Part shown: piece after piece, positions 49,500 through 61,790 of the stretch
Numbering within the stretch: the first letter of the stretch is position 1
Layout of the letters: every line of letters begins with the position of its first letter
Source of the DNA: Squalus acanthias
Lineage: Eukaryota
Length of the DNA: 64,000 bases
NCBI GenBank assembly: GCA_030390025.1
Contig: CM059451.1
Span: forward strand, 3,782,001 to 3,846,000
Direction of reading: 5' to 3'
Translations under genes and position numbers: made by a program
Notes under the pieces: generated by a model
What the model was told of the DNA's origin: nothing
Seen by the model: only the letters and a program-made list of their open reading frames with translations
Database searches by the model: none

Positions 49500-50095
49500 G
49501 TAAACCACACTAGCTCCTTTTCTTCATCTTCCTCTGACTAACCACCTCTCCTTGCTGGGGTATGGGCTCCGTGGGCTAAGTGCCCTTCAGTAACTTACCC
49601 AACGTGACTTCATTCATGGGTGAGTTACGTCAGCAGGCCATTCAATCACAGGAGGCAACGCCACCTCCGCCCCCCAAAGTGTGATTCTGACCTCACCCGA
49701 CAGTCACACATGTAGTTTCCAGCCCTGGGGAGGGGGGAAACAGAGCGTCACTGAACAGAATGCCGAGGTGATTTGCAATCCGCTTCCTGCCAACCCGCCA
49801 GTGATCAGAGAACTCAGCACAGGTTGGGGATGGAGCCTGAAATCTCCCAGTTTCTGTACAGGGCCCAAAACCCAGTGGAGAAACTCAGTGAAACACGGTG
49901 GTAGGGGATGGAAACAAGGTGGGGGCAGTGGGGGGGAATAGGGAGGAGGAGGCCACTTACATCTCAATGCACAAATCTTAAAATGGCAGTTTATCAGCAC
50001 ACACTTCACACCTCCGTCCACTCATTCTCCCAGGAATGTTCAGCAGCAAGCCACAGGTCAGAGATAGTCTGTCCTTCCAGCCAAGTCTCCAGGCC

Positions 50096-50149
50096 TTACT
50101 GAAGAAATCGAATGCTCATCTTGTGCTCCAAGTTAACATTCTCGAGTGA
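50096..50149 (-). CDS. CHP2: Calcineurin B homologous protein (CHP2/CHP1-like), last coding exon (exon 7)
   Basis: tttttgcag|SLENVNLEHKMSIRFLQ*; 54 nt; CHP C-terminal KMSIRF motif. Confidence 0.92.
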   Translation of the reverse strand, partial: SLENVNLEHKMSIRFLQ

Positions 50150-50317
50150 CTGCAAAAAGCGAGACGGAGGGAGAAGCAGAGAGACGTTAAACAGTTCATG
50201 TAGTGTTTCCCCAATTCCTCCTTTACCCCCCCTTCAAAGTCTCCACTGAAGGTGCTTGTGTACGAGTCCCTGGGAGCGGCCTGTTCTTGGTGTAATTATA
50301 GGAGCACCAGGTAAAAA

Positions 50318-50766
50318 AGACTTGCATTTATATAGCGCTTTTCGCAACATCAGGACATCCCAAAGCACTTTACAGCCAATGAAGTACTTTTTGAAGTGGA
50401 GTCACTGTTGTAATGTAGGAAACGCGCCAGCCAATTGCACACAGCAAGATCCCACAAGCAGTAATGTGATAATGACCAGATAATTTATTTTTGCTATCTT
50501 GATAGAGGGATAAATATTGGCCCCAGGACACCGGGGATAACTCTCCTGCTCTTCTTCGAAATAGTGTCATGAGATCTCTCACGTCCACCCGAGAGGGCAG
50601 ACGGGGGTCTCGGTTTAACGTCTCATTAGAAAGACGACACCTCTGACAGTGCAGCACTCCCTCAGCACTGCACTGGGAGTGTCAGCCTGGATTTTGTGCT
50701 CAAGTCTCTGGAGTGGGACTTGAACCCACGACCTTCTGACTCAGAGGCGAGAGAGCTGCCCACTGA
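50318..50766 (-). mobile_element. SacSINE1/DeuSINE-like SINE, near full length
   Basis: Matches other copies. Confidence 0.9.
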
Positions 50767-51454
50767 TACTCATTCTGCAATGGCTATATTGGTCAGCCCT
50801 GGAGTACAGGAGCCATTAGCGGTCCACGAGAAGAGATGAGCAATATCGCCAGATAGTTGGGAGACTCTAGGGGAGTCGCCTGGTAGGATTAGGCTGCTGC
50901 TATGGATGTACTGGGAAGAGACAAGACTTTGAATGCTACAGAGAACAAATGAGGACTCGTGGAATGTCTGGCGTGGAATGAACAGTAATAAACATGACAT
51001 TAATGGGCCTGCACAACGAATGGTAGCGACGAACCTTAAGCACTAAACCAGTTTACAGATCAGCAGCATACACACACAGATTGTGACGACCTATGGGATC
51101 CACGTTTGTCCTGTGTAAGTAAATCTATAAAAGATACAACACTCTGGAGCTCCTTGGATACTTGACCTAGTCTTGCTGGGGCTAGCGTAAGCAGTCAAGA
51201 CAACATGCTTGCATGCTCCTGAGGAGTCCTTGGTATGTGAGTTACAATTGGTGCCTTATCTCGTGTAAGGGGCTGTGTTTTATTACCTCATTGACGAGAG
51301 TTAATAAAAAGAGTACTAACCAGGCCTTTCAGTGTCTCCCTACACCATGAGTTTGCATTAGAGGTATAGGATATATGACAATATCCTAGAATACCCCCAT
51401 ATATGGGCAATAGGGATACACGACAATATTCTATATACATCCAACACTCGGGTG

Positions 51455-51617
51455 CAATGTTCCCTTTAAGCTGCGTGGCCATGCAGCACTCGAGCTCCCG
51501 CGCAGCCGGTTCATTGGCTTTTAAATACAAAAACTGCGCACACGCGGATTTTGGAATGGACTGCGCAGCCCGTTAAAGGGGCCGCTCAGCCCCCGCCAAA
51601 ATATTAGAGGGACCTCA
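51455..51617. mobile_element. Short hAT-like MITE (CAATGTTCCC end)
   Basis: caatgttccctttaagctgcg...ttagagggac; same family as 62854-62978 in opposite orientation. Confidence 0.6.
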
Positions 51618-52060
51618 CTCAAGTGGCCATTCTTCATGCCCGAGCCTAGGCACAGAGCTCCAGCAGCCTAGTCAAATAATCGGAGGCCATCACATCCCTC
51701 ACCCGGCATCCATACACGGGATCTTCCAACAGGAATCGCTGGAGAATGAGCAGGAGTAGAATTTGGTTCTCCTCCCCCTCCCCACCCCACACCCCCCAAA
51801 CCTCCCTAACCCAGGCCAATACTAGCATGCTCACTCCTCCCCACCCCCACAGAGATCAACTATCTCAACAAGACCACACACTGACCCAGCTCCTCCCTGG
51901 TCTGTGTGTCTTCACTATTCACTATTCCCATTGCAGTGAATTGGCCAACTGGTACACTGCGCAAGCTCACTCTCTGATCAATAAGTTTTCCCCAACACTC
52001 GATTCACATGGTCGATTGGACTCAGTTCTTTGTGGGGGGGGGGGGGGGCGGTGGAAGTAC

Positions 52061-52183
52061 CTTTCTGAACTCCTCAAAAGAGATGACACCATCCCCATCT
52101 AGGTCAGCCTCCTGAATGGTTCGATCCGTGATGCTGTCCAGTTGGTCATCTGTAACCTGCGCCTCCAGCATCATACGGAGTAC
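52061..52183 (-). CDS. CHP2: CHP exon 6 (EF-hand 4)
   Basis: tttttcag|[41 protein letters not shown]|gtac; 123 nt, phase 0/0. Confidence 0.95.
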
Positions 52184-52264
52184 CTGAAAAACAAGACTCG
52201 CATTTTATATTAGCCTAGAAATTGTCACCAACAGTGGATGTGAAAGGTACATACAGTAGAGTAG

Positions 52265-52617
52265 TGTGTGCCATCTACAAGATGCACTGCAGCAACTCGC
52301 CAAGGCTTCTTCGGCTTCACCTCCCAAACCCACGACCTCTACCACCTAGAAGGACAAGGGCAGCAGGCGCGTGGGAACTCCACCACCTCCAAGTCACACA
52401 CCATCCTGACTTGGAAGTATATCGCCGATCTTTCATCGTCGCTGGGTCAAATTCCTGGAACTCCCTCCCTAACAGCACTGTGGGAGTACCTTCACCACAC
52501 GGACTGCAGCGGTTCAAGAAGGCGGCTCACCACCACCTTCTCGAGGGCAACTAGGGATGGGTAATAAATGCTAGCCTCGCCAGCAACGCCCACATCCCAG
52601 GAACGAATAAAAAAAAT
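52265..52617 (+). mobile_element. LINE 3' fragment (family of 26388-27050)
   Basis: IYKMHCSNSPRLL, shared tail and A-rich end. Confidence 0.8.
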
Positions 52618-53080
52618 GTTACTGGACTAGCAACACAATGGGTCACAAGTAAATCTTATAAATCTGATCATTTGCATCAGTGAAAGCTACTGGATTTTGT
52701 AAAAACTAAACTGGTTCGCTATCGTCCTTCAGGGAAGCGGACCCGACACCGCTATTCGGTCTGGTGTCGTTGACTTCTAACCAGATCCCTCTTTACTGGC
52801 CTACGAACAAAATCACTAAAGGTGCCGATCAGCCACTACCGGCCCAGGGTAACTGGAGTTTACCCATAAATGTGGCCAAAATCCTGAGCGCAAATAAAAA
52901 CATGCCTTCACCCACTACCTTAATGCAGACGTTTATCGTTTGATATTAAATGGGTTAGTCCTGCTCAATCTTCAAAGGAATGCCTAAATCTTCAATGTGT
53001 TACGTGCTTGTCCATGTATCTTCTTCACAATCCAGGCTCTTTTTTGCTACATTTAAAAAAAAAAAAATTTTAAGGGCGGT

Positions 53081-53233
53081 GGCCAGGAATTTCCTCTAAG
53101 CCTCTCACTCCAGCATCGTAACTTTGCTGGAAGTGCGATCGAAACCTGGTTTACGCACGTCTACTGGTTTACGCCGCACGTCTGGCGAAGTTACGGTCCA
53201 AGAACGGGAGCGGCTCTGAGGAAATTCCCGGTT
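53081..53233. mobile_element. Palindromic Harbinger-type MITE
   Basis: ggccaggaatttcctc / gaggaaattcccgg ends and internal arms cgtaactttgctggaagtgcg / cgcacgtctggcgaagttacg. Confidence 0.65.
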
Positions 53234-53597
53234 GAGGTCCCCTTGGAACCGAAATCTGCACCTTTGAACGTGCCATTAGTGGGATAACGTGCCATGGACT
53301 AGAATTACACCACAATCGTGAACAAATGCACGAGGAAGTACGTGGGCGCCGGCCACATCCTCCCGCCCACCCAGAGAGGTGGGGAATACCCTAATGTCAG
53401 TCAAATATCTAGGCTAAAACTGAGATTGATAAACATAAATGTAACAAAGATTATAGAGAGAGGTAGAAAGCCACAAGAAACTAGCATAATGTTGGACTAA
53501 TATATAGATTGTTTCAAAACAAGAAAACAGAGAGTCTGATTCCTTACAGTTTGAGTCTCGGAAGAATGCGATGTAGGAGGTTGGTGTCTCAGTGTGT

Positions 53598-54052
53598 CAG
53601 CTGTGGCTCAGTGGGCAGCACCCTTGCCTGAGTCAGAAGGTCGTGGGTTCAAGTCCCACGCCAGGGACTGGAGCGCAAAAATCCAGGCTGACACTTCAGT
53701 GCAGTACTGAGGGAGTGCTGCACTGTCGGAGGTGCCGTCTTTCAGATAAGACTTTAAACCGAGGCCCTGTCTGCTCTCTCAGGTGGATGTAAAAGATCCC
53801 ATGGCACTATTTCGAAGAAGAGCAGGGGAGTTCGTCCTGGGGCCAATATTTATCCCTCAACCAACATCACTAAAACAGATGATCTGGTCATTATCGCATT
53901 GCTGTTTGTGGGAGCTTGCTGTGCGCAAATTGGCTGCTGCGTCTCCCACATTACAACAGTGACTACACTTCAAAAAGAACTTCATTGGTTGTAAAGCGCT
54001 TTGGGACGTTCGGTGGTCGTGAAAGGCGCTATAGAAATGCAAGCCTTTCTTT
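53598..54052 (+). mobile_element. SacSINE1/DeuSINE-like SINE, full length
   Basis: gtggctcagtggg, gggttcaagtccc, central domain, tail. Confidence 0.9.
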
Positions 54053-54357
54053 TCTTGGCCCTCCATCAGCCCCATTGCATGGGGAGAGGCAGTGTGAAAC
54101 ACAGGACAGACCATAATACATATTGGGCTTTGTCACTTTCTCTGACGTTAATGCAGGTCTCGCTTACTCCTTTTTAGTCGATGACAGCTGGAGGCCATTG
54201 AAATATGCTCGTTCTGGTCTCACGTACATGTCTATGCTTTTAAACAGTGTACAACCTGAACCCCTCTTCAGAAAACTATGCTGATGGTTTAGCCATGTCT
54301 GGCGTAATGCATTCATTGGCCAACTCACATACTTACAACAACTCAAACTATCCTTTT

Positions 54358-54787
54358 TTAAAATTCGTTCCTGGGATGTGGCTGTCACTGGCAAGGCCAG
54401 CATTTATTGCCCATCCCTAATTGCCCTCGAGAAGGTGGTGATGAGCCGCCTTCTTGAACCTGCTGCAGTCCGTGTGGTGAAGGTACTCCCACAGTGCTGT
54501 TAGGGAGGGAGTTCCAGGATTTTGACCCAGCGACGATGAAGGAACGGCCGATATATTTACAAGTCAGGATGGTGTGTGATTTGGAGGGGAGCTTGGAGGT
54601 GGTGGTGTTCCCATGTGCCTGCTGCCCTTGTCCTTCTAGGTGGTAGAGGTCGCAAGTTTGGGAGGTGCTGCCGAAGAAGTCTTGGCGAGTTGCTGCAGTG
54701 CATCTTGTAGATGGTACACACTGCAGCCACGGTACGCCGGTGGTGAAGGGAGTGAATGTTTAAGGTGGTGGATGGGGTGCCAATCCC
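54358..54787 (-). mobile_element. LINE 3' fragment (family of 26388-27050)
   Basis: Near-identical to 26388-26800. Confidence 0.8.
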
Positions 54788-54899
54788 ATGTCTGACTGGC
54801 AGGAACTAGACTCTACATAAATACCCAGTGTCCTTCAGTGGGGCAATCATTTAGTTAGAACCAGGCTTCTGCATCCAGGCTCACCCAGAATTCAATGAA

Positions 54900-55612
54900 T
54901 GTGACTATAGAGCAGATTTCATAATTCAGAGGCCTGCACTAATAATCCGGAGATGAGACTTCAAATCCCACCACAGCAGTTTGTGAATTGAATTCAGTGG
55001 GCAACACGGTGGCATAGTGGTTAGCACTGTTGCCTCACAGCGCTAGGGACCCGGGTTCGAATCCGGCCTAGGGTGACTGTCTGTGTGGAGTTTGCACATT
55101 CTCCGTGTGTCTGCGTGGGTTTCCTCCGGGTGCTCCGGTTTCCTCCCACAGTCCAAAGATGTGCGGGTTAGGTTGATTTGGCTATGATAAATTGACCCTT
55201 AGTGTTAGGGGGGATTAAATACGTGGGGTTGTGGGGATAGGGTGGGATATGTGTCGGTGCAGGCTCGATGGGCCGAAATGGCCTCTATCTGCACTGTGGG
55301 GATTCTGTGATTCTGTGAAATTGGAATAAAAAGCTCGTATCAGTAATGTGACCATGAAACTATCAGATTGTTGTAAAAACCCATCTGGTTCACTGATGTC
55401 CTTTAGGGAAGGAAATCTGCCGCCCTTACCCGGTCTGGCCTGTATGTGACTCCAGACCCACAGCAATGTGGTTGACTCTCAACTGCCCTCTGAAATAGGC
55501 TAGCAAGCCATTAAGGCAGCTCACCACCACCTTCTCAGGGCAATTAGGGATGGGCAATAAATACTGGCCTTGCCAGCGACACTACACATCCCATGAATGA
55601 ATAAATAAAAAA
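54900..55612 (+). mobile_element. tRNA-derived SINE sharing the LINE tail, with a nested HE1/V-SINE (54999-55316)
   Basis: ttcaaatcccacc head, V-SINE insert, body agggaaggaaatctgcc, tail caccaccaccttctcagggcaattagggatgggcaataaa. Confidence 0.78.
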
Positions 55613-57712
55613 TGAATAGAGGTGTTCAAAATTATGAAGGGTTTTGATAGATTAAGTAAGGAGAAACTGTTTCCACAGGCATGAGGGTCAATGGAGGGCG
55701 AGAGTCCAGGTGGGGTAGAGGAACAAAGGGATCTCGGAGTACAAATACACAAATCACTAAAAGTTGTGATACAGGTTAAGCAAGGCCATAAAAAAAAAGC
55801 AAACAAGCACTAGGGTTTATATCTAGAGGGAGAGAATTGAAAAGTAGGGAAGTTATGCTAAACCTGAATCGAACCTTGGTTAGCCCACACTTGGAGTACT
55901 GCGTGCAGTTCTGGTCGCCATGTTATAAAAAGGATATAGAGGCACTGGAGAGGGTGCAGAAGATTTACAAGGACGATACCAGAATGTGAGGGTATATCTA
56001 TCAGGAAAGGATGAACAGGCCGGGTCTCTTTTCTCTTGGAAAAAAAAGCTGAGGGGTGACCTAATAGAGGTCTTTAAAATTATGAAAGGTTTTGATAGAG
56101 TGGATCGAGAGAGAATGTTTCCACATGTGGGGAAGAGCATAACTAGAGGCCACCAATATCCGATAGTCACCAAGAAATCCAATAGGGGATTCAGCAGAAA
56201 CTTCTTTACCCAAAGAGTGGTGAGAATGTGGAACTCGCTACCACAGGGAGTGGTTGAGGCCAATATAGATGCATTTAAGGGGAGGCTAGACAAGCATATG
56301 AGGGAGAAGGGAACAGAGGGTGATGCTGATAGAGTTAGATGAGGAAAGACGGGAGGAGGCTCGAGTGGAGCATAAACGCCGGCATGGACTGGTTGGGCCG
56401 AATGGCCTGTTTCTGTGCTGTATATCCGATGTAATCCTGTGTAATCAGAGGACACAGATTGAAGGTAACTGGCAAGAGCCAGGAGGCGAGATGATGAGAA
56501 TTTTTTTTACGCAGCGAGTTGTGATCTGAAACGCGCTGCCTGGAAGGGCGGTGGAAGCAGAGTCACAAGTAACTTTCAAAAGGGAATTGGATAAATACTT
56601 GTAAAGGAGAAATTTGCTGGGCTATGGGAAAGAGCAGGGGCATGTGGGACTAATGGGAGCGCTCTCTCAAAGAGCCGAATGGCCTCTTTCTGGGCTGTAA
56701 GGTTCGATGTTCTCAGAAAACTGGGATCATTCCCAATTCGAAACTTGACCAAGAGAAATCAGCCTCCATTTCAATTCTGGTTGTTTTAAAATTCTAACAA
56801 TTAGAAATAATTTAACACAGAACTAAAAGTTTGCTTTAGTTACAATCCACAACAACGACTTCTATACAATATTAGCTGGTCACATTTCACAGGAAGGTCT
56901 CAATACACTTTTTACAATAAATACTTTGAAGTAGTTATTTTTGTCAGAGACAGTAGCCATATACTGTAAATGGTAGGATACTGAGCAGTGCAGAGGATCA
57001 GAGGGATCTTGGAGTGCATGCCCTCAGATCCCTGAAGGTAGCAGGACAGGTAGATGGAGGTGGTTAAGGCGGCATACGGGATACTTGCCTTTATTAGCCG
57101 TGGCATAGAATACAAGAGCAGGGAGGTTATGCTTGAACTGTATAAAACACTAGTTAGGCCTCAGCTAGAGTACTGCGTGCAGTTCTGGTCACCACATTAC
57201 AGGAAGGATGTGATTGCACTGGAGAGGGTACAGAGGAGATTTATGAGGATGTTGCCTGGGCTGGGGAGTTTTAGCTATGAGGAAAGATTGGATAGGCTGG
57301 AGTTGTTTTCTTTGGAACAGAGGAGGCTGAGCGGAGAGTTAATTGAGATGTATAAAAGTGAGGGACCTAGATAGAGTAGATAGGGAGGACTTATTTCCCT
57401 TAGCAGAGAGTTCAATAACAAGGGGGCATAGATTTAAAGTAATTGGTAGAAGGATTAGAGGGGAGTTGAGGAGAACTTTTTTCACCCAGAGGGTGGTGGG
57501 GGTCTGGAACTCACTGCCTGAAAGGGTGGTAGAGGCAGAAACCCTCATCACATTTAAAAAGTACTTGGATGTGCACTTGAAGTGCCGTAACCCACAGGGC
57601 TACGGACCAAGAGCTGGAAAGTGGGATTAGGCTGGAGAGCTCTGTCGGACGGTACGGACACGATGGGCCGAATGGCCTCCTTCTGTGCCGTAAATTTCTA
57701 TCATTCTATGAT
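55613..57712 (+). mobile_element. Cluster of CR1 3' fragments
   Basis: [44 protein letters not shown]. Confidence 0.85.
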
Positions 57713-58070
57713 TCATTCCACATATAATAAAAAGGACCCAGAAACAGTACCTCGGTGGACCGTCTCACCTGACGGACAGCCCCTCTCTGACAAAGCAGCA
57801 CTCCCTCGGTACTGCACTGAGGGGTCAGCCCTTGAACAGGAGTTCAACTCCTGGAGTGGGGCTTGAACCCACGACCTTCGGACCCAGAGACAAGAGACCT
57901 AACCAAGCCAAGAACTCAATGCAAGATACGTCACTAAAACCGCTGCACTGAAATTGGGATCTCGGCTGGGAGAGTTGGTAAAGAAAGCCTCTGGTTCGAC
58001 AGCTTGCTCCGAAGGAGGAGGAGAATGATTCTGTTCCCAAATTTCACCACGGTCTCACTCCGGCGTTTAC

Positions 58071-58132
58071 CTGGAAAAGCTCCTCTCTCGAGATCTTCCC
58101 ATCTCGGTCCTGATCATACAGTTGAAAAGCGA
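58071..58132 (-). CDS. CHP2: CHP exon 5 (EF-hand 3)
   Basis: ctctcatttcag|(F)AFQLYDQDRDGKISREELFQ|gtaaac; 62 nt, phase 1/0. Confidence 0.95.
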
Positions 58133-58589
58133 CTGAAATGAGAGGGAAGAAAAAGGTTGTCGGTTAATACTGATGGGCATCGTCAATCGCTGATCGTTGA
58201 AAGAACCGTGTCAATCACAGACATCGGCACGGATGCTGCACAACAGTTGAGGAAGGCAGGAGCCTAGTAACCCGGGCCACTGGGGGAAGCAATGACATGG
58301 GCAGGGTAGACTTTCCTCAAACGGGAATTTTCACTTGCTTATTTTCCTGCTGCTCGTCTGTGCACCCCCCGCCGCCAGCCCGGCCACATTCCCCGTCCCC
58401 GTCCCCCTCCCACCATCGGGCAGCAATGCGAGGATTTCTTGCAAACAATTTAGCTGGGAAATACAGTCGCATTCTGTCCAGCAACCTTAGCCAATAGGGT
58501 AGGTGTGGCATCGAGACCCCCACTCCCACGCCAGGACCCTGTGACCTCACACCCCCGCACGGCAAGAGCACTGACCCCACCCCGCAAGT

Positions 58590-58890
58590 GTCAGGACCCC
58601 GTATCCCCATGCCAGGACCCCGTGACCCCATGCCAGGACCCCGTGTCCCCATGCCAGGACCCCGTGTCCCCATGCCAGGACCCCGTGACCCCATGCCAGG
58701 ACCCCGTGACCCCATGCCAGGACCCCGTGACCCCATGCCAGGACCCCGTGACCCCATGCCAGGACCCCGTGACCCCATGCCAGGACCCCGTGTCCCCATG
58801 CCAGGACCCCGTGACCCCATGCCGGGACCCCGTGACCCCGTGTCCCCATGCCAGGACCCCGTGTCCCCATGCCAGGACCCCGTGTCCCCA
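58590..58890. repeat. 21-bp minisatellite (CCCCATGCCAGGACCCCGTGW), ~14 copies, CHP intron 4
   Basis: Visible tandem units. Confidence 0.93.
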
Positions 58891-59149
58891 CACCTAAGGC
58901 AATTTCCCAACGTGCATTGGGAGCTCTGAAACAGAAAAGGGTTCTGGGATATTAATCGTGACCCAAGCAGCATTAATTCTTCAACTTCCGGCTCTGTCCT
59001 TGGAATAAAGCCACAAACTGCAATTAAAGATCACCTATTGTCCCTTAAAAGTTTCCTTTGAAACTTAAAAGTTGCACTGCAAAGATACCATGGCCAACGG
59101 AGGGCTATCTGTCCTTATGGCAATGAATACCACAGCAGAAACAGAGCAG

Positions 59150-59748
59150 GTCAGAGGCTGGGTATTCTGCGGCAGTGTCTCACCAGATTCCCCAAAGCCT
59201 TTCCACCATCTACAAGGCACAAGTCAGGAGTGTGATGGAATACTCTCCACTCACCTGGATGAGTGCAGCTCCAACAACACTCAAGAAGCTCGACACCATC
59301 CAGGACAAAGCAGCCCGCTTGATTGGTACCCCATCCACCACCTTAAACATTCACTCCCTCCACCACCGGCGTACCGTGGCTGCAGTGTGTACCATCTACA
59401 AGATGCACTGCAGCAACTCGCCAAGGCTTCTTCGGCAGCAAGTCCCAAACCCGCGAACTCTACCACCTAGAAGGACAAGGGCAGCAGGCACAGGGGAACA
59501 CCATTATCTCCAAGTTCCCCTCCAAGTCACAAACTATCCTGACTTGGAAGTATATCGCCGATCCTTCATTGTCGCTGGGTCAAAATCCTGGAACTCCCTC
59601 CCCAACAGCACTGTGGGAGCACCTTCACCACACGGACTGCAGCGGTTCAAGGCGGCGGTTCACCACCACCTTCTCAAGGGCAACTAGGGATGGGCAATAA
59701 ATGCTGGCCTTGCCAGCGACACCCACATCCTGAGAATGAATTAAAAAA
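59150..59748 (+). mobile_element. LINE 3' fragment (family of 26388-27050)
   Basis: QSLSTIYKAQVRSVMEYSPLTW and shared tail. Confidence 0.82.
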
Positions 59749-60045
59749 TAACCAGAGCTGCATTGACAGTGGGTTTGTAGCTTCTAAGCCAATAAGTCAA
59801 AGTAAACTCGCTGGCCAGCTGCCAGAGATGGGTGAATCCGGCACGTTGACTCTGGAGTTTCCGGCGGGCAGGCAGAATCCGGCCCTTGAGGAGCTGGTGG
59901 CGTTAGGAGGTCCCCAAACCCAATACAAGCGCACCAGCGCCCGAGCTTCAGAGGGCCAAGCCGAGGGTCAAAGGTTAAGCTGGAACAATCGCCTCCACGT
60001 ATCGACCGGGCCCGGGAGAGCCGGTTAGGAGCTTGCCGTACTTAC

Positions 60046-60170
60046 ACCGCAGCTTGTTGCTTCGGCTATTAATCGGTTCTGGCGCATTGGGATCGGCTGA
60101 TTTGTCCTTGGTCACGGGACGGAAACACGCCAGGATCCGGATGAATGAACGGAAATCCAAAGTCTGCTTA
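60046..60170 (-). CDS. CHP2: CHP exon 4
   Basis: ctcctcacag|(G)KQTLDFRSFIRILACFRPVTKDKSADPNAPEPINSRSNKLR|gtaagt; 125 nt, phase 2/1; CHP-specific PEPxNSR.NKL motif. Confidence 0.95.
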
Positions 60171-60229
60171 CTGTGAGGAGGTTGGAAAGAGAAAAAGGCC
60201 GAGAGTGAGCGAGCCTGTTAATCATCGAA

Positions 60230-60885
60230 TGATGCCGCACAGAGTAAGGCCATTCCGCCCATCGTGCCTGTGCCGGCCCTTTCAAAGTACTATTCAATTA
60301 TTACAAAGTATTACTCATTATTCACAGCACTGAAGCAGGCCAGACAGGGTGGTGCGCCACACGAGCCATCCCACTCCACCTGCTCTTGCCCCACAGCAAG
60401 TTGTTTCCTTTTCAAGGCTTTATCCAATTCCCTTTTGAAAGTTACTATTGAATCTGCTTCCACCGCCCTTTCAGGCAGCGCGTTCCAGGTCACAACAACT
60501 CACTGCGTGAAAAAAAAATTCTCCTCATCTCCACCTCTGGCTCTTTTGCCATTTACATTAAATCTGTGTCCTCTGGTTACCGACCCTCCTACCACTGGAA
60601 ACAGTTTCTCCTTATTTACTGTATCAAAACACCTCCATTAAATCACCTCTTAACCTCCTCAGCTCCAAGGAGAGCAACTCCAGTATCTCTATCTCGCCAT
60701 GTAACTGAAGCCCCTCCTCCCTGGTACCATTCGAGTGAATCTCCTTTGCATCCTCTCCAAGGCCTTGACAGCCTTCCTAAAGTGTGCTGCCCAGAATTGG
60801 ACACAATACTCCAGCTGGGATTTATAAAGGTTTGGCATAACTTCCTTGCTTTAGCACTCAATGCCTCTGTTCATCAAGCCCAGGA
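60230..60885 (-). mobile_element. CR1 3' fragment
   Basis: WNALPERAVEADSIVTFKRELD. Confidence 0.78.
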
Positions 60886-61020
60886 TCGATCGAGCGCACA
60901 CAGGAAAGCGAGGCACCGATACGTACACATCTAGCCCTCCCACCCCTCCCTCTCCCCGAGATAGGTACACAACTTACCCGTCTCTTCCTGCCTGTAGTCT
61001 CATTGGAAGAAGTCACTCAC

Positions 61021-61101
61021 CCGTCAGGAAAGAAAGCATTGATTATTCGGTCTCCCAGCGGATTCACTGCAAGCTCTCCGATACGCTGGAAATCTTCCCG
61101 T
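61021..61101 (-). CDS. CHP2: CHP exon 3
   Basis: tcttttccag|[27 protein letters not shown]|gtgagt; 81 nt, phase 2/2. Confidence 0.95.
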
Positions 61102-61395
61102 CTGGAAAAGACAAGGATTTGTGTTTGCACAGCACTTTCTCACAACTCCTGGGAGACACGGCAGAGCATTGCACCTACAATTCATTACTTCAAAATGCAG
61201 CGACTGCGGTGGCCATTCTACACACAGCAAGATTCCACAAAATCCAGCAATGAAGTGTTGCTCAAGGGAGGAATGTCGGCCAGGACACTGGGAGGACTCG
61301 CTAATCTTCTTCAAACAGTAACTTGGGATCTTTAATCTCCATCTAAACCAGCAGGTCACCACTTCGATTTAATGTCTCAACAGTGGGACACCAGT

Positions 61396-61790
61396 TCCGA
61401 CAGTGCAGCACTCCCTCAGTACTGCCCCTCCGACAGTGCTACACTCCCTCAGTACTGCCCCTCTGACAGTGCGGCACTCCCTCAGTACTGCCCCTCCGAC
61501 AGTGCTACACTCCCTCAGTACTGCCCCTCCGACAGTGCGGCGCTCCCTCAGTACTGCCCCTCCGACAGTGCAGCACTCCCTCAGTACTGCCCCTCCGACG
61601 GTGCGGCGCTCCCTCAGTACTGCCCCTCCGACAGTGCGGCGCTCCCTCAGTACTGCCCCTCCGACAGTGCTACACTCCCTCAGTACTGACCCTCCGACGG
61701 TGCGGCGCTCCCTCAGTACTGCCCCTCCGACAGTGCGGCGCGCCCTCAGTACTGCCCCTCCGACAGTGCAGCACTCCCTCAGTACTGCAC
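61396..61790. repeat. 33-bp minisatellite amplified from inside a SacSINE1-like SINE (61115-61860), ~12 copies
   Basis: Unit ccctccgacagtgcagcactccctcagtactgc equals the SINE internal segment. Confidence 0.92.

Noticed and set aside
58317-58973. Repetitive ORFs (GSRGPGM)n, and similar ORFs at 29815 and 61372
   Set aside because: Translations of intronic or intergenic minisatellites
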